DNA of 64,000 nucleotides from Chiloscyllium plagiosum. Lineage: Eukaryota. The notes under the pieces are model-generated. The model searched no databases. It saw nothing but the letters and a program-made list of their open reading frames with translations, and was not told where the DNA came from. The translations under genes and the position numbers were made by a program. Shown here in pieces: positions 11,221 through 23,812 of the stretch (its first letter is position 1; every line of letters starts with the position of its first letter). The DNA lies in NCBI RefSeq assembly GCF_004010195.1, contig NC_057726.1:69947468-70011467 (forward strand), in the 5' to 3' direction.

Positions 11221-14200
11221 CTTTTTAAAAAATAGCTATTTTATTGAAAATTTAACTTGTTTTTACAAACTTACAAAATAATACACACAAATATAAACAT
11301 TAATATACAATTAAATATTAAATAAATAGTAACCAAATCCTAACAGACAAAAAGAAGAGATAAAAAAGGAGAAAACAAAACTCAACTAACTACTAATCTA
11401 ACCTATAACCAACCAGAACATATAATAAAATATCTTTAAAAACTCAAGAAAAAAAGGATAACATAGTAATTAAATAGTGAAGTACATGCTCAGAACGAAT
11501 TAAAATCAAGTCATAATAAAACCCGTATTCATGCGGGATTCCTCCCCCAAGGACCCCCCGACCAGCCAGAACCGCTGCCACAACTAGATGAAAACCCCTG
11601 ACAAAATGGCCGAAATATCTGTATCTATATAATTCAGGAAGAGCTGCCACAATTTATAGAATAATTCAATATTTTGGTGCACCGTATTTGTATGGAAGTC
11701 AAGGGGAATACATTCCATGACCAACTTATAACAATTCGAAAGTCCCGGAAGGCCCTCTGCTAACCAGTTTACTCAGATATTTTTCTTTGCACAAAAGGAG
11801 AGAACGGAAAATAATTTCCTCCCGTGCACATCCAGAGAAGGCAAGCTCGAAAAGCCCAGGAGAAAAGATACTGGATCTACTCTAATTTCCGCTCCCAATT
11901 TTTCTGTCAAAGCATTTGCTACTCTGACCCAGTATTTGCAGTTCTTATGACATGTCAATAGGCAATGTGTGAGAGTGCCCACCTCTATTTTAAATTTGGG
12001 ACACATTGGAGATGCTCCTGCCCTACATTTTGCCGATCGTTCCGTTGCTATATGAGTCCTATGGAGTATCTTTAACTGAATGGCTTGGGTTCTATTTCAG
12101 ATGGAGATTTTTCTGGCATTTTCCAAGATGTCGTCCCACATTTCTGTAGATATTTCCAACCCCAATTCCTGATCCCATGTTCTAAGTAAACATTCCATGT
12201 CTGCCGAAACTTCATCATGTTGTAAATGATAGAGAGTGCTGACCGAGGGTAAACCCAATGGCCATAACACTCTTTGTTCTCTATCTGATTTATAAAGGCT
12301 ATCTAATAACGTAGTCTTCTTCTGTATGTAATCTCGAATTTGTAAGTATCGAAAGAGCTCTCCATTAGGTAGTCCAAATTTCTGGTGCAGCTTTTCAAAA
12401 GACATCATGACCTTCTCATCAAACAGATTCTATAAACAGGACATATCCCTGGACCTCCAGGATTCAAACGTGGTATCTGTGAGCCCCAGTTGAAAATCCC
12501 ATGCCCATAGGAGTATAAGGGGAAGCTTTATGAAAATTACCCTCGTTTTGCTGCATTATCTTCCAGGCTTTGATTGTGTTTAATACTGTAGGGTTTTTAC
12601 AATGATCCATAATGATCTTCATCTTATCTAAAAATAAGAGGTTAATAAGAGGATACTTTGCTTGAGAAGCCTCGATATCCAGCCAGATTGATTGCGGTTC
12701 AGACGAGACCCAATCGGCTATGTAGCTTAATAGAGAACTCAGCTGATACTTCCTAAAGTCTGGAAAATACAGCCTCCCCTGCTTGTAGAAGCTGTAGCTT
12801 GTTTAACTTAATGAGGGGCCGTCTATGATTCCAGAGAAAAGAACCAAGCCAACCATATAATTTGTGCAATGCCGGTCTCGGCAACATCACCGGGAGCATT
12901 CTCATAGGGTATAACAAACGGAGCAAGACATTCATTTTAAATAGAGCTATTCTACCTAGTCAAGAAATTGGAAGATCCCTCAATGTTGAACGTCCTGCCT
13001 TACCCTTTCAAGTAGATGCACAAAATTGACCTTGTGCAGCTGACCAAATACTGGGACGATAAAAATACCTAAATATAAAAAACCCTCCAGAGACCACCGA
13101 AAGGGAAAGTGAGATCCGTCCAATCAGTGGGACATACGAGCGAGACCATGGCCTCCGATTTTAAGAAATTAATTTAGTAACCTGAGAATGCACTAAATAA
13201 ATTAATAACTTGGATCAGGCGAGGCACGGACATCAAAAGATTACTAAGAGAAAGGAGAACATCATCTGCATAAAGGGTAATTTTATGTTGAACCATGCTA
13301 ACTCTCAGGGGTTAGAATCAGCCATCAGCCTTTCCATCAGCCCGTGTAGCTTCTGCTAGTGGCTCAATTAGCCACTGAGGACATCCCTGATGGCAGGCCC
13401 TACCCTCACTGACGTTATCCGAGCCTAAACCATTGGTGATTACGGCTGCTTTGGGGTCATTATACAATGTTGTGACCCATTTAGCAAATACGTTTCCAAC
13501 GCCAAACCTTTCCTTTGTATAGAACAGGTATGACCATTCAACCCTGTCAAATGCCTTCTCTGCATCCAACGAGAATACTATTCTTTCCTGATGACAGACT
13601 TGAATCACATTCAAAACCCTTCTAATATTATTAGATGATGTCTGGCACTTGATAAACCCCGTCTGGTCCTCTTTTATGATATATGGCAATACCCTCTCCA
13701 GCCTCAATGCTAATGTTTTCGAAAGGATTTTAAAATCTACATTTAGCAAAGATATTGTTCTACATGATTCGCAATCTTCTGGGTCCTTTCCTTTTTCGAG
13801 AATGAGAGAAATATTCGCTTCTCTCAACGAAGGCAGGATGCAGCCCCGGCCATTAGAGTAGTTGTACATGTCCATATGTAGACCAGCTAATACTCCTGTA
13901 AACTCTTTGTAGAATTCAACCTGAAATCCATCTGGACCAGGTGCCTTACTGCTCTGAAGCTGCCTGATTGTCTCAAGTACTTCCTGGGTTGTTAGTGGAG
14001 CATTCAGGACTGGTACCTGTACCGGGGTTAAGTCCGGAAAGGCCAGGCTTTTGTTACGAATTTACGAATTTACTATCCTTCATTAAGAAAGAATCCATAC
14101 ACCAATGTCGGGGAGGCTGTCTCATTTTTCCTAGTCTTTATTTCTATATACACTGCAGCGTGATCAGAAATCATTATATTACCTATTGTGCAGGATAGAA

Positions 14201-15289
14201 TGGAATTCAAAAAGGTCGAGGGAGCAAAAAACATATCAATTCCAGTGTGACACTTCTGTTTAGAATAAAAAGAAAAATCTCTGCCTTGCAGGTGGAGGCA
14301 CCTGCACACATCTACTAATCCTAGCTCTTTATTCAAATCCGCCAATTTCCTGGATCTGGGGGATATACCCGCNNNNNNNNNNNNNNNNNNNNNNNNNNNN
14401 NNNNNNNNNNNNNNNNNNNNNNNNNNNNNNNNNNNNNNNNNNNNNNNNNNNNNNNNNNNNNNNNNNNNNNNNNNNNNNNNNNNNNNNNNNNNNNNNNNNN
14501 NNNNATTGGCGAATTTCTCCCCTTGACATTCCAGGTACACCACTTAATCGAATGACTAACCATACTCGTCCAGGCAAGTCTGTATCCTCTCCCAACTAGC
14601 GCCCCACTCTCGACCCAGCAAACCCATTATAAAACAACAAAAAATTATACTTTCAAGCTAAAGTTAACAGTGAGTACCCTACCCCACCACACATACCAAC
14701 ATCCAGATACATTTAGTAAAGATAATACCATGTATAAACATATAAAACTAAAGTTACAGTCTCAGCAGGTAATAACTAAGTATAATAACACAAAAGGGGG
14801 GAAAATCCCGCTCTAAAAGAAAGAAATGAGATAGACAAAGCAAACACCCCACTCCCTCACCTGAATCAAAACAACTAAGAACAAATATGCCCCAAACACC
14901 CCCCACCCCCACCCCCCAACCCCCGGGGATGATATTAAACATTAAAAGGAAAAAAAAGGATAGACGGGGGAGGAGGGTGCAGAACAGCATCGTTAACCAC
15001 ACGGATTAATTCTTACTATCTATTTAAGAGAGTCCAAAGATTCCTTGGCCTTCTCCTGCGATCCAAAGTTATAGAAGGATCCTACATGGTTAAAACACAG
15101 CGTCACTGGGTAGCACAAGGAATATTGGATGTTTAAGTCCCTTAGACGCTCCTTCGTTTCATGAAGTGCCCTCCTCTTGCGGACCAAAACTTGGGAAAAG
15201 TCCTGAAACAGCATAATCCTAGATCCCTTATATGTCATGGCCTGGGAATCTTTTCCGAGGGTTCTGGAGACTTCCAAAACCTTTTGCTT
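11221..15289 (-). mobile_element. L1-clade LINE, 5'-truncated and internally deleted
   Basis: ORF1 C-terminal part (IMLFQDFS...YSLCYP) at 15020-15277. ORF2 endonuclease start WNVKG near 14540. RT motifs ISLLNVDFKILSK, DQTGFI and LDAEKAFDRVEW. C-terminal CPKF...HCLLTC knuckle, AATAAA and A-rich tail at about 11222-11245. Flanked by CTTACATA direct repeats. Confidence 0.9.
14373..14504. other. Assembly gap
   Basis: Run of N. Confidence 1.
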
Positions 15290-15297
15290 CTTACATA

Positions 15298-16360
15298 ATT
15301 CGCTCTAGAATTAGACTTGCCTAAATGGATCACCTCACATTTCTCTGGATTGAAATCCATCTGCCACCTTTCTGGCCATTCTCCAGTGTACCTTTCTCCC
15401 CCTGTATTATTTGTCAGTCCCTTATGCTTTCTGCTACTCCACCTGTAATTTAGGATGTCACAAAGATATTTGTCAGGGCCCCAGCTAGTTCCTCTCGCGC
15501 CTCCCTCAGCAACCTGGGATAGATCCCATCTGGTCCTGGGGTTTGTCCACCTTAATAACCTCTAGCCTACCCAATACATCTTCCCTACTTATGTCAACGT
15601 CATCCAGACTAATCAAACTGCTATCTCTAATCTCAAGATTCATCATGTTCCTCTCCTCAGTGAACACTGATGCAAAATAATCATTCAGAATCTCTCCCAT
15701 TCTCTCAGGTTTGACACACAGTCTTCCTTCATTATCCTTTAGTGGACCAATCCTTTCTCTAGTTACCCATTTGCTTCTTATAAAAAAATACTTTGGGCTT
15801 CTCCATAATTCTCCTTGCTGAAGGTATTTCATTACCTGTTTTCGCCCACTTGATTCCTCATTTAAGTCTTGTCCTACTCTTCCAATATTCCTCCAAGACC
15901 CGTTCTGTTCTTAGCTGCCTCGACCTTATGTACGCTTCCCTTTTCCTCGTGGCTAGTCATACAATTTCTCCTGTCATCCACGGTTCACGAATCTTGCCTT
16001 TCCTATATTTTGCCTTCAACAGGACTTGCCTATCCTGCACTATCTTCAACATATCTTTGAAAGTCTTCCACATATCAAATGTGGACTTCCCTTCAAATAG
16101 CTGTGTCCAATCCATATTTCCCAGCTCCTGCCTAATTTTGATATAATTGGCCTTGGCCCAGTTTGGTACTCTTTCTTTCAGACCACCCTCGTCTTTATCT
16201 ATGAGTATTCTAAAACTTACAGAATTGTGGTCACTGTTCTCAAAGCAATACCTCACCGCAACTTCTACCACCTGTCCTGGTTCATTCCCCAGTACCCGGT
16301 CCAATATGGCCCCTTCCCTCGTCGGACTTGAAATACTGCTCTCGAAAACTCTCTTGGACA
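15298..16360 (-). mobile_element. CR1 LINE ORF2 fragments
   Basis: PTREGAILD..LGNEPGQV, NSDHNSV, GEILNDYFASVFT and KWQMDFNPEKCEVIHLG motifs. Confidence 0.9.
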
Positions 16361-16372
16361 CTTCTTATTCAG

Positions 16373-16489
16373 CTGATAAGGAGAGTGTGTTCAGCCAGTC
16401 CCATGTGTATGGGAATATGGGAGGAGCGGTGATGTTCCTGTTGCTGACCGTAATCACTGGGAGCCACTGTTAGCAAAAGAAGCGCAAAG
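16373..16489 (+). pseudogene. Gene A: decayed transmembrane exon
   Basis: Acceptor ttcttattcag. Phase 1-1, 117 nt: ADKESVFSQSHVYGNMGGAVMFLLLTVITGSHC*QKKRKG, a hydrophobic segment plus a basic stop-transfer cluster. In-frame TAG and a non-GT donor (G|gcaaaa). Confidence 0.6.
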
Positions 16490-16988
16490 GCAAAATAAAA
16501 GTCAGGGGTTCAGTTAGTTACAGAGGGGAAGTCCGGTTGTAACGAAGAAGTGGAATAATTGAGCACAAAGTAACACAGATATAGCATAAAGGTCCTTCTG
16601 AACCTTTCCTTCTTTTTGCTTCAGAGCATTATTGTATTGGACTGTATGTTTGATTCGCTAGATTCTGTTTAAACTTTTGCAGTTTGTTCAACGTAATTAT
16701 CAAGAATTCTGGGCCCCAAACCTGAGCTAGTAGTTATTTTCTTCCGAAGGGGCTCGTTGGCCTCAAACTCGTTGTGCTTTGGAAACTATTTGTGAGAGTT
16801 TTAAATGTGTAGTCATACTGGAGAAAGTTAATGCAGCGTTGGACTCTGTGGGTGATGTTTTATATTTTTAGGACTGCAGCATCTGCGATTCTAATCAACA
16901 CAAATACAAACTTTATGTGGACTGCTAGATTTTTAAAAAAGACTTAATTTAACATACGTGGAGGAATAATAATACCGTTCGTTTCTAG

Positions 16989-17032
16989 GAATGTGGAGAA
17001 GTGCCAAAAATTCCGTGGACAGTGAAGAGATT
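16989..17032 (+). pseudogene. Gene A: candidate cytoplasmic micro-exon
   Basis: gtttctag| ... |gtaatt, phase 1-0, 44 nt (GMWRSAKNSVDSEEI). Phase and size match gene B's 41-nt micro-exon. Confidence 0.35.
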
Positions 17033-17577
17033 GTAATTTGGTGTCATTCACTTTGGCATACTGCAAAAGTGGTTTAAAAAAAGTCAACACTGAAATTGCA
17101 GAATTCACTCATTCTGTTTTAACTCCACTTTGATTACATATTTCACTTTTATATGTTAGTCCCTGAATAATCACATCGACCTGTCATCCTTGCGGGCGCA
17201 AGGGAATCGCAAGCATTTTGAAGAAACAATGTGGTTTCGTTTCTATTTTTAAAATGTCTGCCCTGGAGAGATGAGTATACACATGTCAGACTTCAGCGAT
17301 ATCGTTAGACTGTTGCCCGGCTGATCCTGCTATCAGTTTTGTGAATATGAATGAGCTTTGTATTTATGAGTATGCGTACAGCCTCAATGGGCTAGATTTT
17401 CCCGCTCGAAAGTACATTGACTGTGATCTCATATAAGGAATAGCCACTGGTTGATGTATCAATGCAGTCCAAAAGTTACGTCTCATTAATTTTATTGACC
17501 CCTGAATGTCAGTCAACCTGAAAAGCACTGTGCAAGAATACATTATTACTGGAGTCTGTAATAAACTTGCTCATCTC

Positions 17578-17704
17578 NNNNNNNNNNNNNNNNNNNNNNN
17601 NNNNNNNNNNNNNNNNNNNNNNNNNNNNNNNNNNNNNNNNNNNNNNNNNNNNNNNNNNNNNNNNNNNNNNNNNNNNNNNNNNNNNNNNNNNNNNNNNNNN
17701 NNNN
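17578..17704. other. Assembly gap
   Basis: Run of N. Confidence 1.
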
Positions 17705-17743
17705 TCTGACGTTTACTTCAAAATCTCGAGCACTTTTTACAAG

Positions 17744-17842
17744 GGGGTTCGAATGTGTTTAGTGTTATATGGAGTTCTACTAAGACCAGACTTTCATTGC
17801 AGTAAGCAAGTCCGAGTAGAACTTCGTAAGGTCATGTCCGAC
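17744..17842 (+). pseudogene. Gene A: candidate ITIM exon
   Basis: After the acceptor tttttacaag come 33 codons, GVRMCLVLYGVL...; same length and same G1/Y9/L12 register as gene B exon 38507-38605. No intact donor at the equivalent position. Confidence 0.35.
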
Positions 17843-18270
17843 TGAGAGAACGCGGAATGCAGCAACTGAATAAAAACCGAGAGAACCGACAATGCTGTCA
17901 ATCAGAAACAAAACCAGAAGTTGCTGGAAAGGTTCAGCATATCAGGCAGCATCTGCGGAGAGAAATCAGAGTTAACATTTTGGGTCGAGTGACCCTTCCT
18001 CAGAATGCAGCAACTGAAGTTAATTCAATTTTATTCTGGTTAAAAAAAGGAGCAAATATGGCACTGCAGAGCACAGGCAAAGGTACAGCGCACACCAATC
18101 ATTAATTCAATAGTGGAACAGGCTTGAGGGGCAAATGTTCTTGCTTCCTCGTGCTCGTGAATGGCATTTTAATTTAAATATGTTTTTCTTTTTAAAAATA
18201 GCCCTTGATACGATATGGCACACGGAGAAAAGCAATGAACTGACAGTATTCTCAATCCTTAACTTCATAC

Positions 18271-18459
18271 ATGGAACAATCGGACACTGACGATGAATTA
18301 ACGTCCGCCAGTCTCGATTTGAACGGCACCAGCAAAGTAAGAAACCCGAACATAAACGCCAAGGATCCAGAGTGTGCCGAGCTAAAAGTAGCAGCACCAA
18401 CCGGAGCAACTGAGGCCGTCTGCGGAGAAACCAGCATCTCAGAATGTTGCTCATCTTAG
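18271..18459 (+). pseudogene. Gene A: terminal cytoplasmic exon with signalling tyrosines replaced
   Basis: Aligns without gaps to gene B's last exon: LTSASLDL vs MTYAALDF and KDPECAEL vs KDTEYAQV, 11/40 identities by hand. The upstream intron shares aatgaac...tattctcaa with 38786-38806. The acceptor reads catac instead of catag. Confidence 0.7.
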
Positions 18460-21400
18460 AGGCAGCATTTTAGCGATGTGCATCGATTTCATTTCTTTCT
18501 CGAGTGTGATGCGTCCAGGTCTTAAGAACATCGCATCTTCAGTGATGTTCCTTTCCTGTTACTTCACAAAGAACTGCTGACCAATTGTTCATATTCAATC
18601 GCAAGTTAGGATGACTGTCGGTTTGTGAAAGTGTTTATTAATTAATAAACAATGCTCTTGCTCTACTCTGTTTAAGGCTAATTTCCGCTGCGTTTCTGTT
18701 TAAGGGCGATGATAATGAACACTGAATTAATGGGAGAGTTGCATTTTAGTTCATTTTCCTTACCTAAATTAATCGACGTTTTGTTCTTACCCATTACAAT
18801 TTCTTTCTCGAGTGTGATGCGTCCAGATCTTAAGAACCTCGCGTCTTCAGTGATGTCCCACTGTCTCTGAATATTACATGTGAATATCCCCTTGTTCTCG
18901 AATTTCAAATCGACTTATCTCTAATGTGAACACGTTTTTCTTAATGAACTGCGAATGGTTATGCAGTCATGATGATGTGCCAACATTCTGGAGCTGGTGA
19001 ATTTGTTTTAATCATCTCTTGCAAAGAATTACATTGCATTTTGTAAATTGAACAACCCCCTTTTGAGGAATAGTTGTGGGAAAATTGTTAGCAGTCGCAT
19101 AATTGATCAGAAAAAATGCCAGTCGTCCTGCATGTGTGTTAATCGATCTTCATATCCTGCATTATTTCACTGTAGCAATTCACTGGAGTAATTCACTTTG
19201 TTCTGAGCTAAACTAGTTCAGTATAACCACTAGCGCGAGGCACAAGTCGACTAATATCAGTCCGCCGTCCTGTCAAGATCTTTTTTTGGGGGATATTCAG
19301 TTTAAAACAAAAACACGATGGTGTACAAAAAAAAAATAAAAAAGAACTTACAGTAAGGTCTACCAGGTTTGAGAACTGTCTGCGAAAATGTTATTCCCTC
19401 ACTGTGGAATTCTTTGTTCAGGCCTTGAAATGTATGGACTTCAGTATATTCCGAAAATCTGTGTTCGAAATGTGTTTTACTGATTTTCCAGTTTTTATTA
19501 GTCGCATTTAGTTGTTGATGACAAAAGAACCGTGGTATTTCTAACGTCGGGAGTACCCACACAGCTATTGAGTGTGAAAGAACGGCTGGTCAGATTAGGC
19601 ACTTGGCAAATACAAGTGAACATTTTAATTAACTCTGTAGTGCTGGCATGAGGAAAGAAATATCATTTTCAGCAAATTATCCGGTTTTGTCAAATAAAGA
19701 CTGAGTGCCTACTGTGAGCAAACATGCTATTTTCAAAGTTATGGCAATATCTTACGGATCTCTTACGGATAATGAAGGCCCCAATAAATGCTGGAAGTCA
19801 CAATTGCCAATGTCAATTCTCGGGTGACAGGACATGCAATTTCAAACGTTCGCCTGTAACGGACATGTCTGATCTGGATTCCTGCCTCAGAGCAGCTGAG
19901 ACAATTATCAGCTTCGGCAGTTCAGCCAGACGTCTGTAGATTGTGGTTTATAAAATGCTTCATTGTTTGCTATGCTTTTTTTTATCCCCAAATGGAAATA
20001 AAGATTATTTTTAATTTCAAGGTCTAGGATATATTCGCGTCAGTCATTAAATTGCATCCGCTGATGTCCACTTGTCAAATTTAATTGCAACAAATTTAAA
20101 TAAATAACATTTATTTCTCTCTCGTCATTCGAAAATGCATGCCAGTCTTAAAAATATTCTTACATCTTTCTTTCTAAAGTAGGTGTTATTGCAATAGCTT
20201 GCTTTGGTTTCGTTTTTTGCCATTCCGAAGGCAATATTAGGTGAAGCAATTTAAACATTTGCACATAAACCGTAAGATGCTATCAATCTATTCCATAGAT
20301 CAAATGTTTGAGATTGAACAGCGCGGTTGGCTGTTAACATAACTGACCGTGGCTAGCCGAGATAAAGTGGTGGAACATTTTGTGGTTTAACATTGAGTGC
20401 ATCATTGCCTTAAATACATACTGGCTCATTACGATTCAAGTCAGAGTTGTTCCATTTTCTCTATCTAATGTAAGATCAAAACGAATTAAACTTCGCACCT
20501 CCAGTATGTCACAGCAGGAACTCAGCGATCCAACCTGTGCAGTTATTTTTTATCGAAATGTAACGGCACTTGCGAGATGCATGTTCAGATATGAGGTGCA
20601 AACATAAAAAATATAATGCACAGCCCCGTCCTGATGCCCCTGCCACACTGTTTGACTTAAAATTAATATTCTAAAATTGTCCTTGATAGAGCATCATGGA
20701 GTTCCTCTTGGATGGAAATTGTTTTATTACATGAAATAATGGAGTACAGACGGCCATTTTGATAGCGCTGCGCATCGCTGTGTACTTACTGACATACAAG
20801 CTTAGTTGTTCATTTTAGAGATGTATAATCATTCATGAAATCAAAACTGTATATTCTAGTACTTTTCACCATTGGAAGTTAGCCACAAACGCAAGGAAGG
20901 CAAGAGTTTGCACGAAGAACAACTGAACCAGTGGAATATAGACGGAGCAAAATATACTTTGATGTTAATTTCTTTTTGTCCAGTTAACTCCGTCCTTTAT
21001 TTCGGTACTGGTTATCTGAAAGGGCGGTGCTACTAAGTGCTGAATTCTCAATAATTCTATTTGAATTTCCTTTGTAAGCTGGTATAACCATTGCCACAAA
21101 TGATAGATGCCCATGTGGTTGGTCTGGGAGTCAGGCTTATTTTTTTATTGCCTCTTGACTTCTCTAATAGTTTTCTGAAGGTCATAGCTGGATTTTCCCT
21201 ATAGCCCAGAACTGACCGACTTGTACTGTTCGGACCTGGACTTCAGTATGTAGTGGATCTCCTGGTTCATCCATGATTTCCGGTTCGGAGACCCTCCATA
21301 TCACTAATGAAAAACAGAAAAGTAAGTAGGTTATATTTAGTACACATGGTATTAGTGATGTAATATCTGGCATCATGTGTACAATAGTGCTCTTGTTACT

Positions 21401-22378
21401 TAAGGAAAGATGTAAAGGCTTTGAGACCAGGCCAGAGATGTTTACCTGAATAATATTTCGAAGAAAACCATTGATTTATAAGGATTGGTTGGAGAGAATA
21501 AGTTTAAGCTTCGGAAGAATAAGTCAAATTGACTGAAACATGCAGAATCCAAAGTGGGTCTTGGCAAGGTGCATGTTACCAGAATATTTGCAATCGAGGG
21601 AGATTGCAGAATTAATGGCAGTTGTATAAATGCCATAGTCCTCAGTGTAACACATCGTTGAGGAAAACATCTTATTCTCACACCAAAAAATCAATATCTT
21701 TGCATCGCATCACACTTCCTCGAAGGGCGGGGTAGCAGAATATTTGTTCTTTTTAAAAATGCAACCTAGATAGATGTTTGTCAATCGTGGGGTGGGTGTG
21801 TGGGGTGTGGGGTTTCGCGGTTGGAAATTCACTTACGGTCTTAAAATGCATCGTAGCTTGGCTCAGTTAGGAATATTAAATGCGATTATTTGAAAGAACA
21901 CACTGATGTTTGTGCTGCTCATACAGTCCACACATCCCCAACAGAGGGAAAGACTGGCTTGAATGATCAGCTCGAGCCGTACACAGCAAATGGCTAACTG
22001 TTGCACTGAACTTTAGCAAAATGAACAAGAAAGAGTCATGTTCCTGATCAATGAACCGGATGTTACACTGCACTCTGACACTGTCTATCCAATGTCACTT
22101 TCAAGTTCTTGCAAACTATCAGCCAGTTCACGCTCTGTCTCTCCGGCAAATAGATCAACATGTTCCTGAGTATTGCACTTTTCTGTCTCTTTATTCAGAC
22201 AACAATTTTCCCAGGTATTCTCTCTCTTTCTACAGTACATTGCCTTTCCATAAAGTCGACCTGTTATTTAATCTTATTTAATATATTGTGTACAATTCAC
22301 TTTTGGACAGGTTAAGTCAATTAATGAACTCCACTCATTTAATCTTGCTAGTCTGTTTGTAAATGTCTTTTTCTGTAG

Positions 22379-22699
22379 GTTCTGGGGAAACCTTGGATAA
22401 AGTGACCCAGATACCAGGGAACATGACTAAAACAGTGGGTGAAAATGTGTCCTTCCATTGCTCAATTCCTTTATTTCAAGTCGGCCCAGCTGTCAACGTA
22501 ACCTGGTGGAAGCAAGGTGATCCTCATTCTCTCAATGCAGAACAAGATGACCGAAAAGTAATTGGCCTCCAGACTAAATTCAGTGGATTCCTTCAGATAA
22601 TCAATGTCAGTGTACAGGACAGAGGAATGTACTATTGCACAATCGTCCAACAAGGCAAATTATTTGGAAACGGAAAAGGGTCCAATTTAACAGTGTTGG
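22379..22699 (+). CDS. Gene B exon: Ig V-set domain with germline-joined J-like G strand
   Basis: ttctgtag| and |gtatgt splice sites, phase 1-1, 321 nt open. VTQ, FHC (B-strand Cys), VTWW, LQI, DRGMYYC, then FGNGKGSNLTVL. Five N-X-S/T sequons. Confidence 0.93.
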
Positions 22700-23514
22700 G
22701 TATGTATGAAAGCAAAATTTAAGCAATAGAGACAAGTAATATTTCACATTTGAAATAATTCTCGGGTGTGCTTGGGAAAGTTCACATTACAGGATTTATT
22801 AAAATGTATTTGATGTTATATGTCTTCAATGGCAAGTTAACATTTTTGTCCAACCCTAATTATCCTTGAACGGAGTCAATTCTTGATCAATTGGGAGAAT
22901 TGTTGAGAGTCAGCAACGTTGCTGTATGTTTTGAGTGATATAGTGTCCAAGCAGGTCCGAATGGCAGGTGGTGTGCGTGTGCTCCTTGGAGACATCTCCA
23001 TAGTTCCTGATACATGCCCACATTTAAGTTGCATCGCTGACTGCTGTACTTCATGTTCAGTATTTCAATAGTTTAGAATGATGTATCAGCAGTTGTACCT
23101 GAATTATACAGCCGTGGGACATAAACAGGAATCTCATGTACTATTGCAATATGATGAAAAGATACATGCTCTGATCAAGGGTCATCCCAAACGTTAACTT
23201 GCTTTCTCTCCATGGATGCTGCCTGACTGGCTGTGATCGCCAGCATTTGTTGCTTTCAGTACAGATTCCAGTATCTGAAGTAATTTGCTCCGACATTTCA
23301 ATGATATTGGTTAAGAGCAATAGCCCATTGCAAGCGACACAGATTTAATTATTTATTTTTAACATCTTCTTCACTCAAAGTTGACAGTTGAGAAAAAGGT
23401 TCCCTGGTGCATAAGATTTAACCCTGGTTTTTCACTGCCAGACCTGTTGAGTTTCTCCAGCAATTTCTGTTTATTTTTGTTGATGACGTTTCTTGACTGG
23501 CTTATTTTTAAGTG

Positions 23515-23812
23515 AAAGTGAGGATTGGATATGCTGGAGGCTAGAATCCAGAGTGTGGATTCTGGAAAAGCACAGCAGGTCAGGCAGCATCCGAGGAGCA
23601 GGAGAGTGGAAAAGCACAGCAGGCCAGGCAGTATCCGAGGAGCAGGAGACTGGAAAACCACAGCAGGACCGACAGTATCCGAGGGGCAGGAGACTGGAAA
23701 ATCACAGCAGGTCAGGCAACATTCTTGATGAAGGGCTTTTGCCTGAAACGTCGATTTTCGTGCTCCTCGGATGCTGCCTGACCTGCTCTGCTTTTCCATC
23801 ACCACACTCCGG
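23515..23812. repeat. Penelope pLTR-derived insert with about 4 x 44-bp tandem units and an inverted arm
   Basis: Units tggaaaagcacagcaggtcaggcagcatccgagg.gcaggagac followed by a degenerate hammerhead core and a reverse-complement arm. Confidence 0.8.
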
